A stretch of DNA of 64,000 nt from Camelus ferus (lineage: Eukaryota). The first letter of the stretch is position 1; every line of letters starts with the position of its first letter. The DNA lies in NCBI RefSeq assembly GCF_009834535.1, contig NC_045696.1, positions 121,770,001 to 121,834,000 on the forward strand, read 5' to 3'. Of the stretch, positions 1 through 13,013 are shown piece after piece. A program made the translations under genes and the position numbers. The notes beneath the pieces were generated by a model. It worked only from the letters and a program-made list of their open reading frames with translations. It had not been told where the DNA came from and did not search any database.

Positions 1-639
1 ATGTATGTGAAAACAGAAGAAAATCAGAAAAAAACAGTATTGACGATATTGAATTCTAAATCGTAAGCGCTGACTTTCCAAGAGAAGGAAAAAAAGATGC
101 ATTTATTGGGGGCCTACTAGGTACTACATAATGCAGTTTGTCAAGCCGTTTATACACTTTACCTAATCCAATCACCAACATCCCTGTGAGTTCGGGACTG
201 TTTTCCACTTCTTAATCACATACAACAGAACAGAAGTTTAAAGAAGTCTTTTGCCTAAGATTCCATATTCAGAACAGCTCTTTCAAATTAACCTTCTAAA
301 ACGGGCGAACTTACACGTTTCCAAAGACAAAATACGTCGGAAGCCGGGGGAGGTAAAGTGAGGGTTGGAACAGAGATCGGTGGGAAGACAGAAACCTCAC
401 CAGTAACGTATGGTTTTACCAAACACTAAGACAGTTGTGCATCAGCACATACCCCACGTGTTCTTTCACGCCCGCTTTCTCTCCCAACTTAATGGTTATT
501 CAGACTACTCATGTCCAACCCCGGGGCGCAGGGATCAGACCCGTCAGGGTGACACGACTCTGTATGAACATGTGTCTTCTTTGCTGTTCCTGTGCCCGTG
601 AACACAGGAACGGGGGCGGGAAACCAGGGGCCAGGCCCC

Positions 640-1507
640 AGGACACGACCAGCAGGTGGTCAGCGGGTCCGCCCTGCGGCTCTGGAGGCGGGCCGCGACG
701 GTAAACAAGCCGCGTGTCACCGACCCCTGAGCCGGGTCCACACTTCCGAATGCCCAGGCACGAGGGGCCAGGAGGCGCCCACCGGGAGGAAAGTGGCGAC
801 AAGACAAGGTCCACAGCCTTCCAGGGCCCCGTCGCCCGGGAAGTACCAGTTCTGCGCCGGGTTCCCGGAGACCCCACCGCACTACCGCGGCGCGCATGGG
901 TGACGTGTAAACGCGAGCGAGTGACGTCAGCGCGGCGACGGGGGCCGGCGAGTGGCCGCTACCCGCGCCGGCGCCCCTCACCCCCGCCGGCGCCCCTCAC
1001 CCCCGCCACCGCCCCGCCCGGCCCGCCCGCCAGCCGGCGCCCCTCACCCCCGCCACCGCCCCGCCCGGCCCGCCCGCCCGCCGGCTGCTGGCCGCCGACT
1101 CACCTTCCCGGCGCTGTGGAAAGGGAGGGCCAGCTCGTCGCGGGAGAGCGCGGGGCGAGCACATGGTTGCTGCTCGCCGGCCGGCGGCGGCCTCGTAGTC
1201 CGAGAAAGGGTTGGGAACGCCCACTCCACAATATCCGCGTCCCCGCCCACTTGCAACTTGAACCTCCAGGACTTGGTTTCGCTCCCGCGGGTCGCGCGCG
1301 GCCTACGGCGAGCGAGCGGGGACAAGCTTCCCTCGGGACTCTCGGGCCGGGCCTCGGGCGGGCGTCGCTGCGGGGCGGGCACATGTGGCTACGGCTGGCG
1401 CCCCGGCCTGGCCCGGCTCGGCTCTGGCCCGGCCCTCCGGGGAGGGAGGCTGCGGCGGAATCGGCGTTCCGGGTCGCCGCGGTGGCGGGGACCCCTCCGC
1501 CGAGGAT
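640..1507. promoter_or_regulatory. CpG island promoter (copy A) with CRE palindrome TGACGTCA at 922-929
   Basis: Very high GC and CpG density, GC boxes, TGACGTCA and TGACGT sites. Confidence 0.85.
1104..1286 (-). pseudogene. LANCL2: LANCL2-like exon 1 coding remnant, copy A
   Basis: GSETKSWRFKLQVGGDADIVEWAF, NPFSDYEAAAG (other frame) and PCARPALSRDELALPFHSAGK match the recalled LANCL2 N-terminus (MGETMSKRLKLHLGGEAEMEERAF-NPFPDYEAAAG...DEPGLPFHQDGK). Ends at donor AAG|gtgagt. Start ATG is lost. Confidence 0.85.
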
Positions 1508-1607
1508 NNNNNNNNNNNNNNNNNNNNNNNNNNNNNNNNNNNNNNNNNNNNNNNNNNNNNNNNNNNNNNNNNNNNNNNNNNNNNNNNNNNNNNNNNNNNN
1601 NNNNNNN
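1508..1607. other. Scaffold gap (100 N placeholder)
   Basis: Exactly 100 N. Confidence 1.
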
Positions 1608-2171
1608 GAATTGGCAGAAAAGAGGCAAATTCAGGAAACCCTACATCATGTAAACAACAGGGGTCCCTGGGCAGAGAAAGAAAAGCAGGACCCTCCGGGC
1701 TGATTAAGTGGTCACATATTTTGAGATGACAAGTGGCCTGGAGGCTAACAAAGAAAGGTGGGGAAAGACAGGACTTTCCAGTGTCCCGATGTAACCTTTT
1801 GCTCATTATGCCCTCATTTCAATAAAATTAGCCTTGCAGATTGGAAGTACCCATCATGCACTGATACTTCCAATCCGGACTAAGTAAGGACAAAATCCCT
1901 TCCCACCTTGGGAAGGTGGAGCTGGGATGAAAATCAGGGAATACGACCCCAAAGCCTTCCCTCCCAATGAATATTCTGCCCATTCATTTTTACACCCTAT
2001 GTAATCAACTTGCCAAAGAAACACAGGGCAGCCGCTCACCGGAGCCTGCCCGCTCTCCCCTTGAGAGTGTGCTATCCATCCCTTAATAAATCCCTACCTG
2101 ACTTTCTTAACTTCTGCGTCCCATCTCTGAATTCTTTCTGTGACAGGACAAGAACCTAGTCACTGGCAACA
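1608..2171 (+). mobile_element. ERV LTR, 5' part lost in the gap
   Basis: LTR-like architecture with AATAAA near 2085 and terminal ...actggcaaCA. Confidence 0.65.
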
Positions 2172-2462
2172 CTGAAAGTAAGTCTGCTCTTACTACATTT
2201 TCAAAAACAGCCACATATTACATCAGATAATTAAGGTTACAAAAATATGACATACTAACTTCATATGACATTTAAGCTTCAGACAGAAAAGAACTTCTTT
2301 ACAAATAAAATTACAAAGCATCTCATCAATAAAGACAGTTTAAAACTTCTTTTAAAAGGTATAAAACTTGGTCATCTTAAAAGGAAAACATTTCAAATCC
2401 ATGTCTTACATATCATAATCCAAAAATCAGACATATCAATTACTTACAGCCCAGAGTGTTAC

Positions 2463-2580
2463 CTGTCCAACCAGTATAAGCAGAGCAATCATGGGGACCA
2501 GCTGTCTTCCGCCCTTCTTCCATCTGCTGTAGAAGATCCTTCATTTTGGTCTGGATCCGCTTTGTGAAATGATGAATGAT
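2463..2580 (-). pseudogene. LANCL2: LANCL2-like exon 2 (118 nt, open frame; part of a diverged paralog or pseudogene)
   Basis: tctcag|ATC...ACAG|gtaac. Translates IIHHFTKRIQTKMKDLLQQMEEGRKTAGPHDCSAYTGWT(G) versus recalled LANCL2 IIHNFIRRIQTKIKDLLQQMEEGLKTADPHDCSAYTGWTG. Confidence 0.93.
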
Positions 2581-2631
2581 CTGAGAACCAAAAGAAGACA
2601 GACATTTAAATGCACAGGAATAGGATAGGGT

Positions 2632-2765
2632 GGGGGAGGGTATCTCTTAGTGGTAGAGCACTTGCTTACCAAGCATGAGGTCCTGGGTTCAATCCCCAGT
2701 ACCCCCATCAAAAAACTAACTAAATAAATAAACCTAAGTACCACCCCCTCCGCCCTGCAAAATAA

Positions 2766-2798
<33 letters not shown>

Positions 2799-2825
2799 AA
2801 GAAAGAAAGGATAGAATAAAATAGA
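2632..2825 (+). mobile_element. Camelid tRNA-derived SINE (Vic-1-like) with (GATA)n tail
   Basis: ggggagggtatctcttagtggtagagc...gggttcaatcccc A/B boxes, A-rich tail, (GATA)n at about 2768-2797. Confidence 0.85.
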
Positions 2826-3136
2826 ACAGGAATAATACTGTAGCAAATACTTCAACTAACAGTCTAAGTGGTAAAAACAGACAGAAATTAATTGGCCCAC
2901 TTCAATGCTTCATTGATTGGAGGGAGTCTTCCTTGCTTTTACAGGGTAAGTTTTAAAATGAGATAACACCCTGAATGAACTGTAAGTCATCAGTAGAATC
3001 ACGGAAAATAAGTTGCAGAAACCAAATGAAAAAACAAGGAAAAAAAAAAAAAGAGGTGGATTTGACTACACAAATATTATAACTTCTTTAAGTTAAAGAA
3101 CGTAAGAAGGATGGTTTAAAAGTTAATGACAAGGGG

Positions 3137-4299
3137 AAACAAATGGGACCTAATGGAATTTACAAGCTTCTGCACAGCAAAGGAAACCATAAGTAAAACA
3201 AAAAGACAACCTATGGAATGGGAGAAAATTTTTGCAAATGAAAACCGACAAAGGCTTGATCTCCACAATATATAAGCAGCTCATACAACTCAATAAGAAA
3301 AAAATAAACAACCCAATCCAAAAATGGGCAGAAGACCTAAACAAGCAATTCTCCAAGGAAGACATACAAATGATCAATAGACACATGAAAAAATGCTCAA
3401 TATCACTAATTATCAGAGAAATGCAAACCAAAACTACAATGAGTTACCACCTCACACCAGTCAGACTGGCCATCATTCAAAAGTCCACAAATGACAAATG
3501 CTGGAGAGGCTGTGGAGAAAAGGGGACCCTCCCTGACTGCTGCTGGGAATGCAGTTTGGTGCAGCCACTGTGGAAAACAGTATGGAGATTCCTCAAAAGA
3601 CTAGGAATAGACTTACCATATGACCCAGGAATCCCGCTCCTGGGCATATATCCAGAAGGAACCCTACTTCAGGATGACACCTGCACCCCAATGTTCATAG
3701 CAGCATTATTTACAATAGCCAAGACATGGAAACAGCCTAAATGTCCATCAACGGATGACTGGATAAAGATGTGGTATATTTATACAATGGAATACTACTC
3801 AGCCATAAAAACTGACAACATAACGTCATTTGCAGCAACATGGATGTTCCTGGAGAATGTCATTCTAAGTGAAGTAAGCCAGAAAGAGAAAGAAAAACAC
3901 CATATGAGATCGCTCATATGTGGAATCTAAAAAACAACAACAAACAAACAAAAAACAAAAAAACCCAAACAAAGCATAAATACAAAACAGAAATAGACTC
4001 ATAGACATAGAATACAAACTTGTGGTTGCCAAGGAGGTGGGGGGTGGGTACAGATAGACTGGGATTTCAAAATTGTAGAACAGATAAACAAGATTATACT
4101 GTGTAGCACAGGGAAATATATACAAGATCTTATGGTAGCTCACAGTGAAAAAAATGTTACAAGGAGTATATGTATGTTTGTGTATAACTGAAAAATTGTG
4201 CTCTACACTGGAATTTGACACAACATTGTAAAATGATTATAAATCAATAAAAAATGTTAAAATAAATAAATACATACATAAAAATTTTTTTACAAGGAA
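3137..4299 (+). mobile_element. 5'-truncated young LINE-1 (ORF2 C-terminus and 3'UTR)
   Basis: ORF 3232-3930 is the L1 ORF2 C-terminus ([10 protein letters not shown]...[12 protein letters not shown]). AATAAA and A-tail present. 19-bp TSD aaaagttaatgacaagggg at 3118-3136 and 4300-4318. Confidence 0.95.
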
Positions 4300-5331
4300 A
4301 AAAGTTAATGACAAGGGGGAAATATTTGCAAATATAAAATATAAATAAAGGAAAACTATAACAATACACCTAAAATTAGCAATGTACTCCATTTAAAAAA
4401 ATCAAACATATGCAAAAATGTTCAATCACTTAGCAGTTAATGAAATGCAAATAAGTACAAGTACTAACCCTTGCCTATCAGAGCAACAAATAAAAAATTA
4501 AAAAATATTAAGTCCCAAGGCTGCTAGGAGCTAAGGAAACAGGTATTTTTGTTCATTGCTAGTGATCTTTCTCAAGGGAAATTTGCCAACATTCTTAAAC
4601 ATGTAGCTGACAGTGTGTCCAGATTTTTCTGCCTTTGATGATTTTTGAAAACTCCAGCTGCTACATCAGTACCTGACGTGTAGCAAAATCTCCAGTTGTG
4701 CTTATGAAACTGTCTCTCCGTTTAATTCTGCCTAATTTTTCCCCTATGCATTTGCATTTCTGTTATTTGGCATAGATAAATTTACATTTTCCTGACAGAT
4801 TTTATCATAAAGAAACGTCCCTCTGTGGGACTATAGGGAAAATGTTCTCACTACTGCATAGTTTGGGCTGTCAGGGCAAACTTTACAGAAATTTGGGATT
4901 CTGAGCTAAAGCAACCTTAACAATTAGTTACAATTGTATGTACATGCTGTGAAAGCTCCAGAGGTTTTCTTAACCCTGGAGGGATGTGTCTACATTTCTG
5001 AAAATTGAAAACAAATGGGCCTGTCTTTTTCAGAGAGATTTATTTATTCCAAAGACTTACACATTTCCAGGGAAACTCTCTCAGAAAGGGAAAGAGAGAC
5101 AGTTGCCCCTTCCCCCTTTGTAAAAAGCACAGAAAACTTATTTTTCTTCATCCCTTGAGTACAGTACAGAGTTTGTGTATGTAGGATATTTGACTTCCAT
5201 TGCCCCATAGGTGAGACCTGGGACTCAGGGAACCACACACTGGTTATTTTCTGTCTGGTAAATCAAGAAATCAATGATCCAGAAACCTCTTCTGTACATT
5301 CAAGAAAAAATTAACAAGTGCAAATATTAAA

Positions 5332-8300
5332 ACTTCCACTGGCATGGCATCAGCACCACAGTGGTGCACTGCATCCTTTGTTTCGTCCGCCCCTTTAAGA
5401 ACAGAAAACAGGCATCATCCATGAACACAAGTGCCGCCCAGCACCTCACCCCACGGGACCCACGGCAAGTCTAGCACCGGGTAATAAGCACACAGACTTC
5501 AGCACCAGCTGTGAAACCTACAGGAGACTGAACTGGTTCCAGCTCCTCTCAGCTACAGTCTGAGAGTGCAGGGCGAGCAGTGACTCAGGCAGTCACCTTC
5601 AGATGAGAGAGCCTCTGTGGAAGCCCAGATTTCCAGAGAAGGACCAACACTCCACTGGAGGGAAGAAAAAGGAGTTTGGATGGAATGGGTAAGTGGAACA
5701 GCTTGTCTCTACCGGCACCACGTAAGGTTACAGGTATGGCGTATGGCTAAATAGATGGACAGTGGCTTCTCCTGCAGGGAACAGGGAGAGTCACCGACCG
5801 AATGCCTGGTTTCTAAATCTGTGTGGGACTCTACTGAAGAGACTCCTTTCTCTCATTTCTCACCATGCATCCAGAGCACTGCAGAGGGAGTCCATGACTG
5901 GGGAGAGGGAGCAAATCATGAGAAGAGCATATGAGACTCCCGGAGGGCATTAAAGGAGTGCAGTTCCTGCTGGTGTGTTCTGGACTCCATCAGATGCATG
6001 AAAACTGAAGGAGATGTGACATCACCACAAGATCACAATAATCCCCCAGTAACCAAACTCAAACACGAAAATCTAATACATACACAATAAAAAATTCGAA
6101 ATAGCTGTTTTAAGGAAACATCATGGGCTACAAAAAACAAACAAAGAAACCCACAAAAAGATGATTTAATGAAATAAAGAAACAGTACACAATCAAAATG
6201 AGAAATATAACAAAGAAACAGAAATCATTAAAAAGAAAACAAAAGAAATTCTGGAGCTTAAGAATTTAATGAAGTGGAAAATGCAATAGAGCATCAAAAG
6301 CAGAGCAGACCACATCGAAGATAGCGTCAATGAGACAGGAACTTGGAAATAATCCAGTCTCAAGAGAAAAAAAGGAAAAAAAAAAAATGATAAAGAGTGA
6401 AGACGCCTACAGGATCTATGAGACATCTTCAAAAGAGCAAAATCCAAATCATTAGAGTTCCAGAAGGAAAGGAAGGAAGAAAGAGGACAGAATATTTATT
6501 TAAAGAAATAATAGTTAAGAACTTGCCAAACCTGGGAAGAGACTTGGACACAGACTTCATGAAGCTAATAAATAGATTATCCCATTATCTCAACCTGAAA
6601 TGTCCTCTCGAAGACATATTATAATAAAACTGTCAAAAATCAAACACTTTAAAAAGAGAAACCTAAAGGCAGCAAGAGAAAAGATGACTGTAACCTACAA
6701 AGGAACCCAAAGTGGGGTGTCAGTGAATTTCTCAGCAGAAATCTTACAGCTCAGGAGAGAGTGGGATGATATATTCAAAGTGATGAAAGAAAGAAAAAAA
6801 ACTCAACCAAAAATACTCCATCTGGCAAAGTCATCCTTCAGAAAAGAAGGAGAAATAAAGACTTTCCCAGACAAGACAAAAAAAAAAAAAAAAAAGCTGA
6901 TATAATTCATCACCAACAGAAATGTCTAACAAGAAATGCTAAAAAGAAGTTCTTAAAGCTGAAATGAAAAGAGGCTAACTAGTAACATGAAACATATACA
7001 CTGACGAAGATAAATACATAGCCTAACTTAGAAAACTCTAATATGATGGTGTGTTAAAACTTAACTCTAGTACAAAGGTTAGAACAAGAGTATAGAAAAT
7101 AACTATAGCTACTATAATTTGCTAATGAATACCCAATACAAAAAGAGGCAAACTGTGACATAAAAACATAAAAGAGGTAGTAGGAATAAAAGAGTAAAGA
7201 TTTGTATGTGATTGAAGTTAAGCTGTTATCAGAGTAATAGACTGTTTCATCTATAAGATGTTTTATGTAAGTCTCATTATAACCACAAAGCAAAAAATCT
7301 GAGTAGGCTCACAAAAGATGAAGACGAGGAAATCAGAGGTGCACAATGGAGGGAAATCACCAATTCACAAAGGAATGTAGAAAGAGTCAAAAAGGAAAGG
7401 AATTAACAATTGGAAATATATATATGCACTCAACACCAGGGCACCCGAATATATTAAGGAAATACTAACAGAGCTAAAAGGAGAAATAGACAACAATACG
7501 CTAATAGGGGACTTCAATACCATACTGTCAGCAATGGATAGGTCATCCAGACAGAAAATCAATAAAGAAACACTGGACTTGAATCATATGTTCGACCAAA
7601 TGGACCCAATGGACATATATAAGACACCCCATCCAACAACAGAATATACAACAGAATTCTGTACACACAGAGTATTGCTAAGGATAGATCACATGACAGG
7701 GCACAGACCAAATCTTAGCAAATTTAAAAGGTTGAAATCACACCAAGTATCTTTACTGATACTGGTATAAAAGTGGAAATCAAAAACAGGAAAATGGAAA
7801 ACCCACATATATGAGGAAATTAAATGACACACTCCTGAACAACCAACAAGTCAAAGAAATCACAAGGGAAATCAAACAGTATGTTGAATCAAATGAAATG
7901 TGAGCACATACCAAAACTATGGGATGCTGCAAAAGCAGTTCTAAGAGGGAAGTTTACAGTGATACATGCCTACAGTAAGGAAAAAGGAAGATCTTCAATA
8001 AATAACCTAGCTTTACAGCTCAAAGAACTAGAAAAAGAATAAACCAACCCCAAAGTTAGCATAAGAAAGGAAATAACAAAGATCACAGCAGAAATACATG
8101 AAATAGAAACCAGAGAAATAATAGAAAAGATCAACAAAACTAAGAACTGTTTTTTAAAATAAAACCTATAGGTAGACTAAGAAAAAGAAAACTCAATAAA
8201 TAGAAACAGAAGTGATACCACAGAAATACAGTTGACTCCTGAACAGCACAGACGTGAAATGCATGGGTCCACTTATATGCAAATAGTAACAGCACAGTAG

Positions 8301-9305
8301 TAAATACTACAGCGCTACAAGGTCCATGGCTGGTTGAATTCAGGGATGTGGAGGAACTAAGAATACAGAGGACCGACTATAAATTCTACATGGATTAATC
8401 CCTGAGTTGTTCAAGGGTCAACTGTACAAAGTATCATGAGAGAGTACTATGAACAATTATATATAACAAAATGGATAACCTAGAAAAAATAAATCCCTAG
8501 AAACATACAACTAACCAAGGCATAAATCAGGAAGAAATAAAAAATAAGAGTAGACCAATAATGGATAAGGAGATTGAATCAGTAATCAAAAACCTCCCAA
8601 AAAAGAAAACCCCACACAAGTTGGTTTCACTGGTGAAGTCCATCAAACATTTAAAGAGTAATTAACACCAATCTTTTTCAAACTCTTCCCTACAATTGAA
8701 GAGGAGGGAACACTCCCAAATACAAGACCAGCAGGACCCTGATACCAAAGCCAGATAAGGACACTCTAGGAAACAAAACCTTCACACCAATATCCCTGAT
8801 GAACACGGATGCAAAAGTTCTCAACAAAATATCAGCAAACTGCATTCCAAAATATATTAAAAGGATCTTACACCATGATCAAGTGGGATTTAACCCTGGG
8901 ATGCAAGAATGATTCAATACATGCAAATCAATACATGTGACATATCATGTTAACAGAACATGAGATAAAAATCCTATGATCCCCTCAACAGATGCAGAAA
9001 AAGCATTTGACAAAAAACAACATCCTTTCATGACTAAACTCTCAGCAAACTGGTTCTAGAAGGAACACATCTTAACATCATAAAGGCCATATACTACATG
9101 GCTACAACTAACTTCATACTCAGTGCTGAAAGGTTGAAAGCTTTTCCCCTAAGATCAGAACCAAGACAAGGGTGCCCACTCTTACCACTCTTGTTCAACA
9201 TAGTACTAGAAGTCCTGGCTAGAATACAATCAGGCAAAATAAAGAAATACAAGGTATTTAACTCAGAAAGGAAGAAGTAAAACTATCTATACCTACAGAC
9301 ATGAT
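5332..9305 (+). mobile_element. Old degenerate LINE-1, left part (5'UTR, ORF1, endonuclease, RT up to the DDMI motif)
   Basis: Fragmented ORFs RHIIIKLSKIK...FSAEILQLRREWDDIFKV (ORF1), MDRSSRQKINKETLDL (EN) and [26 protein letters not shown] (RT). Confidence 0.92.
8229..8424 (+). mobile_element. TcMar-Tigger (Tigger2-type) MITE inserted in the old L1
   Basis: Terminal inverted repeats cagttgactcctgaac...gttcaagggtcaactg flanked by TA duplications (8227-8228, 8425-8426). Confidence 0.88.
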
Positions 9306-10606
9306 TTTTTTTTCTTTTATCAAGTTCTGCACCCAATCCACAGAGCCAGCTGAGATTTGCCAGAGTCAAAGACACACCCCTCTAGTTCATGTGGGTCCTA
9401 GGTCCTGATGGTCACACAGGACCTCCACATCTCAACCCACTGTGTTCTCCCAGCCCAGGGAAACAGGGAGTGGCCATCCAGGGCCACAGGCTAGGCTGTC
9501 TGACCAATACTCCCATTCTCCCAGGCAGTAGAAACATCTCAGACCATCCTCTCCACGACCCAGCTCACCTCACCTTTGCTCAAACTCAGCACCCCTAAAA
9601 ACAAAGACCCACTATCTCAGGGCCTGTGTCACCTTCCAGTTCTCACTCAGCTGCCACCTCTCAGACACACTCCTGCCCGTCCTTCCTCTTTCCCACGGTG
9701 TCCTGCCCTGTCTCGTGGTAAGACCCCCCAGGATGGGAACAGGCCATCTCACCCATCACTAGAACCCAGGGGCACAGCACACACCCAGCAGGGAAAGGAC
9801 CCCAGTTGCTGGATAGGCAGATGTCTTGTCCTCCGCCCTTGGTATCAAGTGAATCCCCACCCAATCTCCATGCAGTGTCTCTGGCACCTGTCCCTGCCTT
9901 TTATTCCCTATCAGGCAAATTCAAGGCCATATTAGTTCATGCCGGCCTCTTATCAATCACCCTTTTACCTCACTGGCTTCCCTGCCCATTTCAAATCGAC
10001 ATTCTCCTCCTCACTAATGTGAGGGCTCCCCATTCTTTCAGGATGAGGTGTCAAAAGCCTTCCATTTAAGGTCATCAGCAATAATCATTTTTCAACCTTA
10101 CCTCCACTAAGACTTCACATAAACCCTGAGGTCCAGGAAGTGGATCTGCCAACTCCATCCCTTCCTGACACTCCAGTGCAGGGAATACTCCTTGTAAACA
10201 GTTTAGCCCAGCATGACAAACCTTCTTCACAATATCTGTGAACCCAAGACCAAGAAAACCATCTCTTCTCAGAATAGTGTGCACGGAGGGCACAAATCAG
10301 ATCCCCCGTCTTTCTCACATCATGGCATGTAACAAAAAGTATATTTGCACAACACACTTCAGTTAAAATGAGGACTACTGAAGCCTGAGGGGCTGGCCTG
10401 GGGCTGGGACCACCTGGTCACAAGGACTTCTCTACATCCCTGCCCCCCACCCATCTCGGCCAGCTGGCTCAGAAGCTCTGCTCAGAGAGTCACACAGCTA
10501 GCATCCCCTGCTCTGGCCATCCCGTTGTGCGGTAATGAGAAGCCTGTGCTGCGTTTCACTCCATGTGGCACCTCCTGAGTAGTTTAAGCTCTGAAATGTC
10601 AATGGG

Positions 10607-10815
10607 AGATGAACAACAAGTTCATACGTAGAGCACAAGGAACTACATTCAGTATCTTATAGTAACTTACGGTGAAAAAGAATATGAAAACGAATGTATG
10701 TATGTTTACGTATGACTGAAGCATTGTGCTGTACACCAGAAATTGACACATTGTAAACTGCCTATACTTCAATAAAAATATATATATTTTAAAAAGCACG
10801 TACTCAGATTCTTTT
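10607..10815 (+). mobile_element. Short L1 3'-end insertion
   Basis: L1 3'UTR with AATAAA. 12-bp TSD aatgtcaatggg at 10595-10606 and 10816-10827. Confidence 0.85.
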
Positions 10816-12865
10816 AATGTCAATGGGTTAACTTTTTAAAATAGCTTTTTAAAATAAGCCAACACTGGTTCAACAGACTCAGAAGACTGGTTAAACTGAT
10901 CAGAGTGACCCTAATTTTTCTAAGCAATTTAAGTTTCTTCTCCCTTCTGCAACAAACCAAGGCAACAAAGTGCACATGCTCCCACCATCTTAAACTTCAC
11001 TTAAAGGCCAGTGCATGTCTCTTACCTGCTCACCCAAAGCTGAGCACCTTCCCCCGGTGGTGACCTGTCCACTTTTGCTGCCTTTGGTGGCAAGGTCACC
11101 TGACCTCACCTCTGGAAAGTAAGAGCCCCTCCAACTTCCCTGAGAGGGTAAGTGGGTGCTTAATGGCACCAGCAGGAGGAAAGGCCTACCGTCCAATCCT
11201 GAGCCCAGATCCCAACTCACCAGTGGGCCTCCTAGAACTCCTTCCCCACTTCCAACCCCCGATACTGTCTCTTCCAAAAGCATGTTCAATTCCTCTAACC
11301 AGTTCTCCTGTGAAATGGTTAAATGACCACTTCAGCAAGCAGGACATACTCCCCCACATACAAAGAATATGTGAGAAATAACCTCCCTGAAAGCTTTTCA
11401 GCAGCTGGGTTATGCTGTTCTAGACTCACCCTTATCTAAGTGTTAAGGCCCTCCGCTCTCACCCTGGACTCTCGCACACCTGACCAGCAGAGCCTGACAC
11501 AGGAGCTGACGTCTAGCCCACTCCACCTTGTTTAATTTATACGGGTTGCTTTCTTGAATCTTGAAATGATCACCCAAAATGGTTCACCTGAAGTTCAATA
11601 ATAAGTGCCATTACTCTTTTTTAATAGATGAGGAAAAGCAGTTTAATGCTCTTAAAATTGAAAGCCATCACCCACTCGATTTCAGAACAGGAATCGAGTT
11701 TCGGGGGTTTTGTTTGTTTGTTTGTTTAAGGCAGCCCTGAGATTCAGAACCAGCCCTGAGTGAAGAATTCCAAAATTCTTCACTGTGCCCTGTCCCATCT
11801 TCACATTAGAAACACAACGATGACCTAAAAAAGACAAGGCCCTGAGGAAGGAAACCTGCCTATGGACCTATGTAAATAAAGAGAAGAACCTAAAAACAAA
11901 AAACACTGAACTAACTAAGCCATGAAGAAATAAGAATGACAGAGATCAGACCACTCCGGAAGGGAACAGAGATCTATGTTCTCCTCCTCTGCAGGTCAAC
12001 CCCGGGAGGGCCACTCCTCCTCTCAGGCCTCAGTTTTCCAGTTCTAAACATCAAGATGCCCCGCTCATCTTGAAGTCTGTATGCTGCATGCTGGCTTCAG
12101 CAAAACAGCACACAGAAGCAAGCTAGCCAGCTCCAGGTGAATGTTAAACTTATCTGCTGCCCAAGGACCAAGAGTGGTTACATTTCTAACGTTCTGCCTG
12201 ACAAATATAAACTGACAGTAAGGCTGCAATTACATTTCAACCCAGACTCAGTCCATTAATATCGTTGACCAAGAAAACTTCAGAAGCAGACCAAGCAGTA
12301 CCTACTACTGACACCTGAGGCTCCTCCGGTGTCCTCCCCAGACTCCAGCATCAGGCAATGTCACTTGTAAGGCTGAACGACAGAATAAAAACTTAACGGT
12401 AAAAACTTAAAAGGTTTGGGGAGGGGAAGCAAAAGACAGATGATCCACATACAAAACTGCTGACAAGGTCAGCTAATTAAGTAAGTGTTAAGGAAAACAG
12501 TAATGAAATCCTCAAAATATCCCAGGGTTCCAGTGGGTATAAGAGAATCCCAGGGAGGAATCTGATTCCAGAATCCTCTGAAAGAACCCCCTGCCACTGA
12601 AGGCGATGGGCATTAAACTTTTGCATGCACAAGAACAGTAGATGAGAGAACAGAAAATGAAGTTCAGGTGTTCGGTCAATAACCTGCAAGTCCTGAGAAC
12701 ATCACGGGTCTGGAGTGACGGAACCAATTCAGTCAATGTCTTCAAACCAAGAATTCAGTTTGCCTGCTCCTACTTTCCCCAAACGACTGAGCAACTGGGA
12801 AAAATGTGTTTCCTCTGAGGATGAATGAAGGTCGTAGCAGCAAAGCCTTAAGAACTGGTTGGCAG

Positions 12866-13013
12866 GGGGAGGGTATAGCTCAGTGATAGAGTACATGCTT
12901 AGCATGCACCAGATCCTGGGTTCAATCCCCAGCACCTCCATTAAGAAAATAATAATAAATGAATGAATGAATAAACCTATATACCTCCCCCTCCAAATAA
13001 AACAAACAAACAA
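12866..13013 (+). mobile_element. Vic-1-like SINE
   Basis: ggggagggtatagctcagtgatagag...gggttcaatcccc. TSD aagaactgg(t/c)tggcag. Confidence 0.9.

Larger units (their letters stand above)
1..1507 (+). repeat. Direct duplicate (copy A) of 28971-30470: LANCL2-like promoter, exon 1 and start of intron 1
   Basis: Colinear with 28971-30470 from atgtatgtgaaaacagaaga to ...cgccgaggat. Differences are almost all 1-nt homopolymer indels, plus one ~11-nt and one 19-nt indel. Ends at an N gap and may extend left of the window. Confidence 0.97.

Noticed and set aside
3232..3930. 232-aa ORF as a host gene
   Set aside because: It is the C-terminus of L1 ORF2 in a 5'-truncated element.
12866..12940. tRNA-Ala-like sequence (also at 2632, 51981, 59027, 60691)
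   Set aside because: Each is followed by a SINE body and A-rich tail, some with TSDs, so these are SINE heads rather than tRNA genes.
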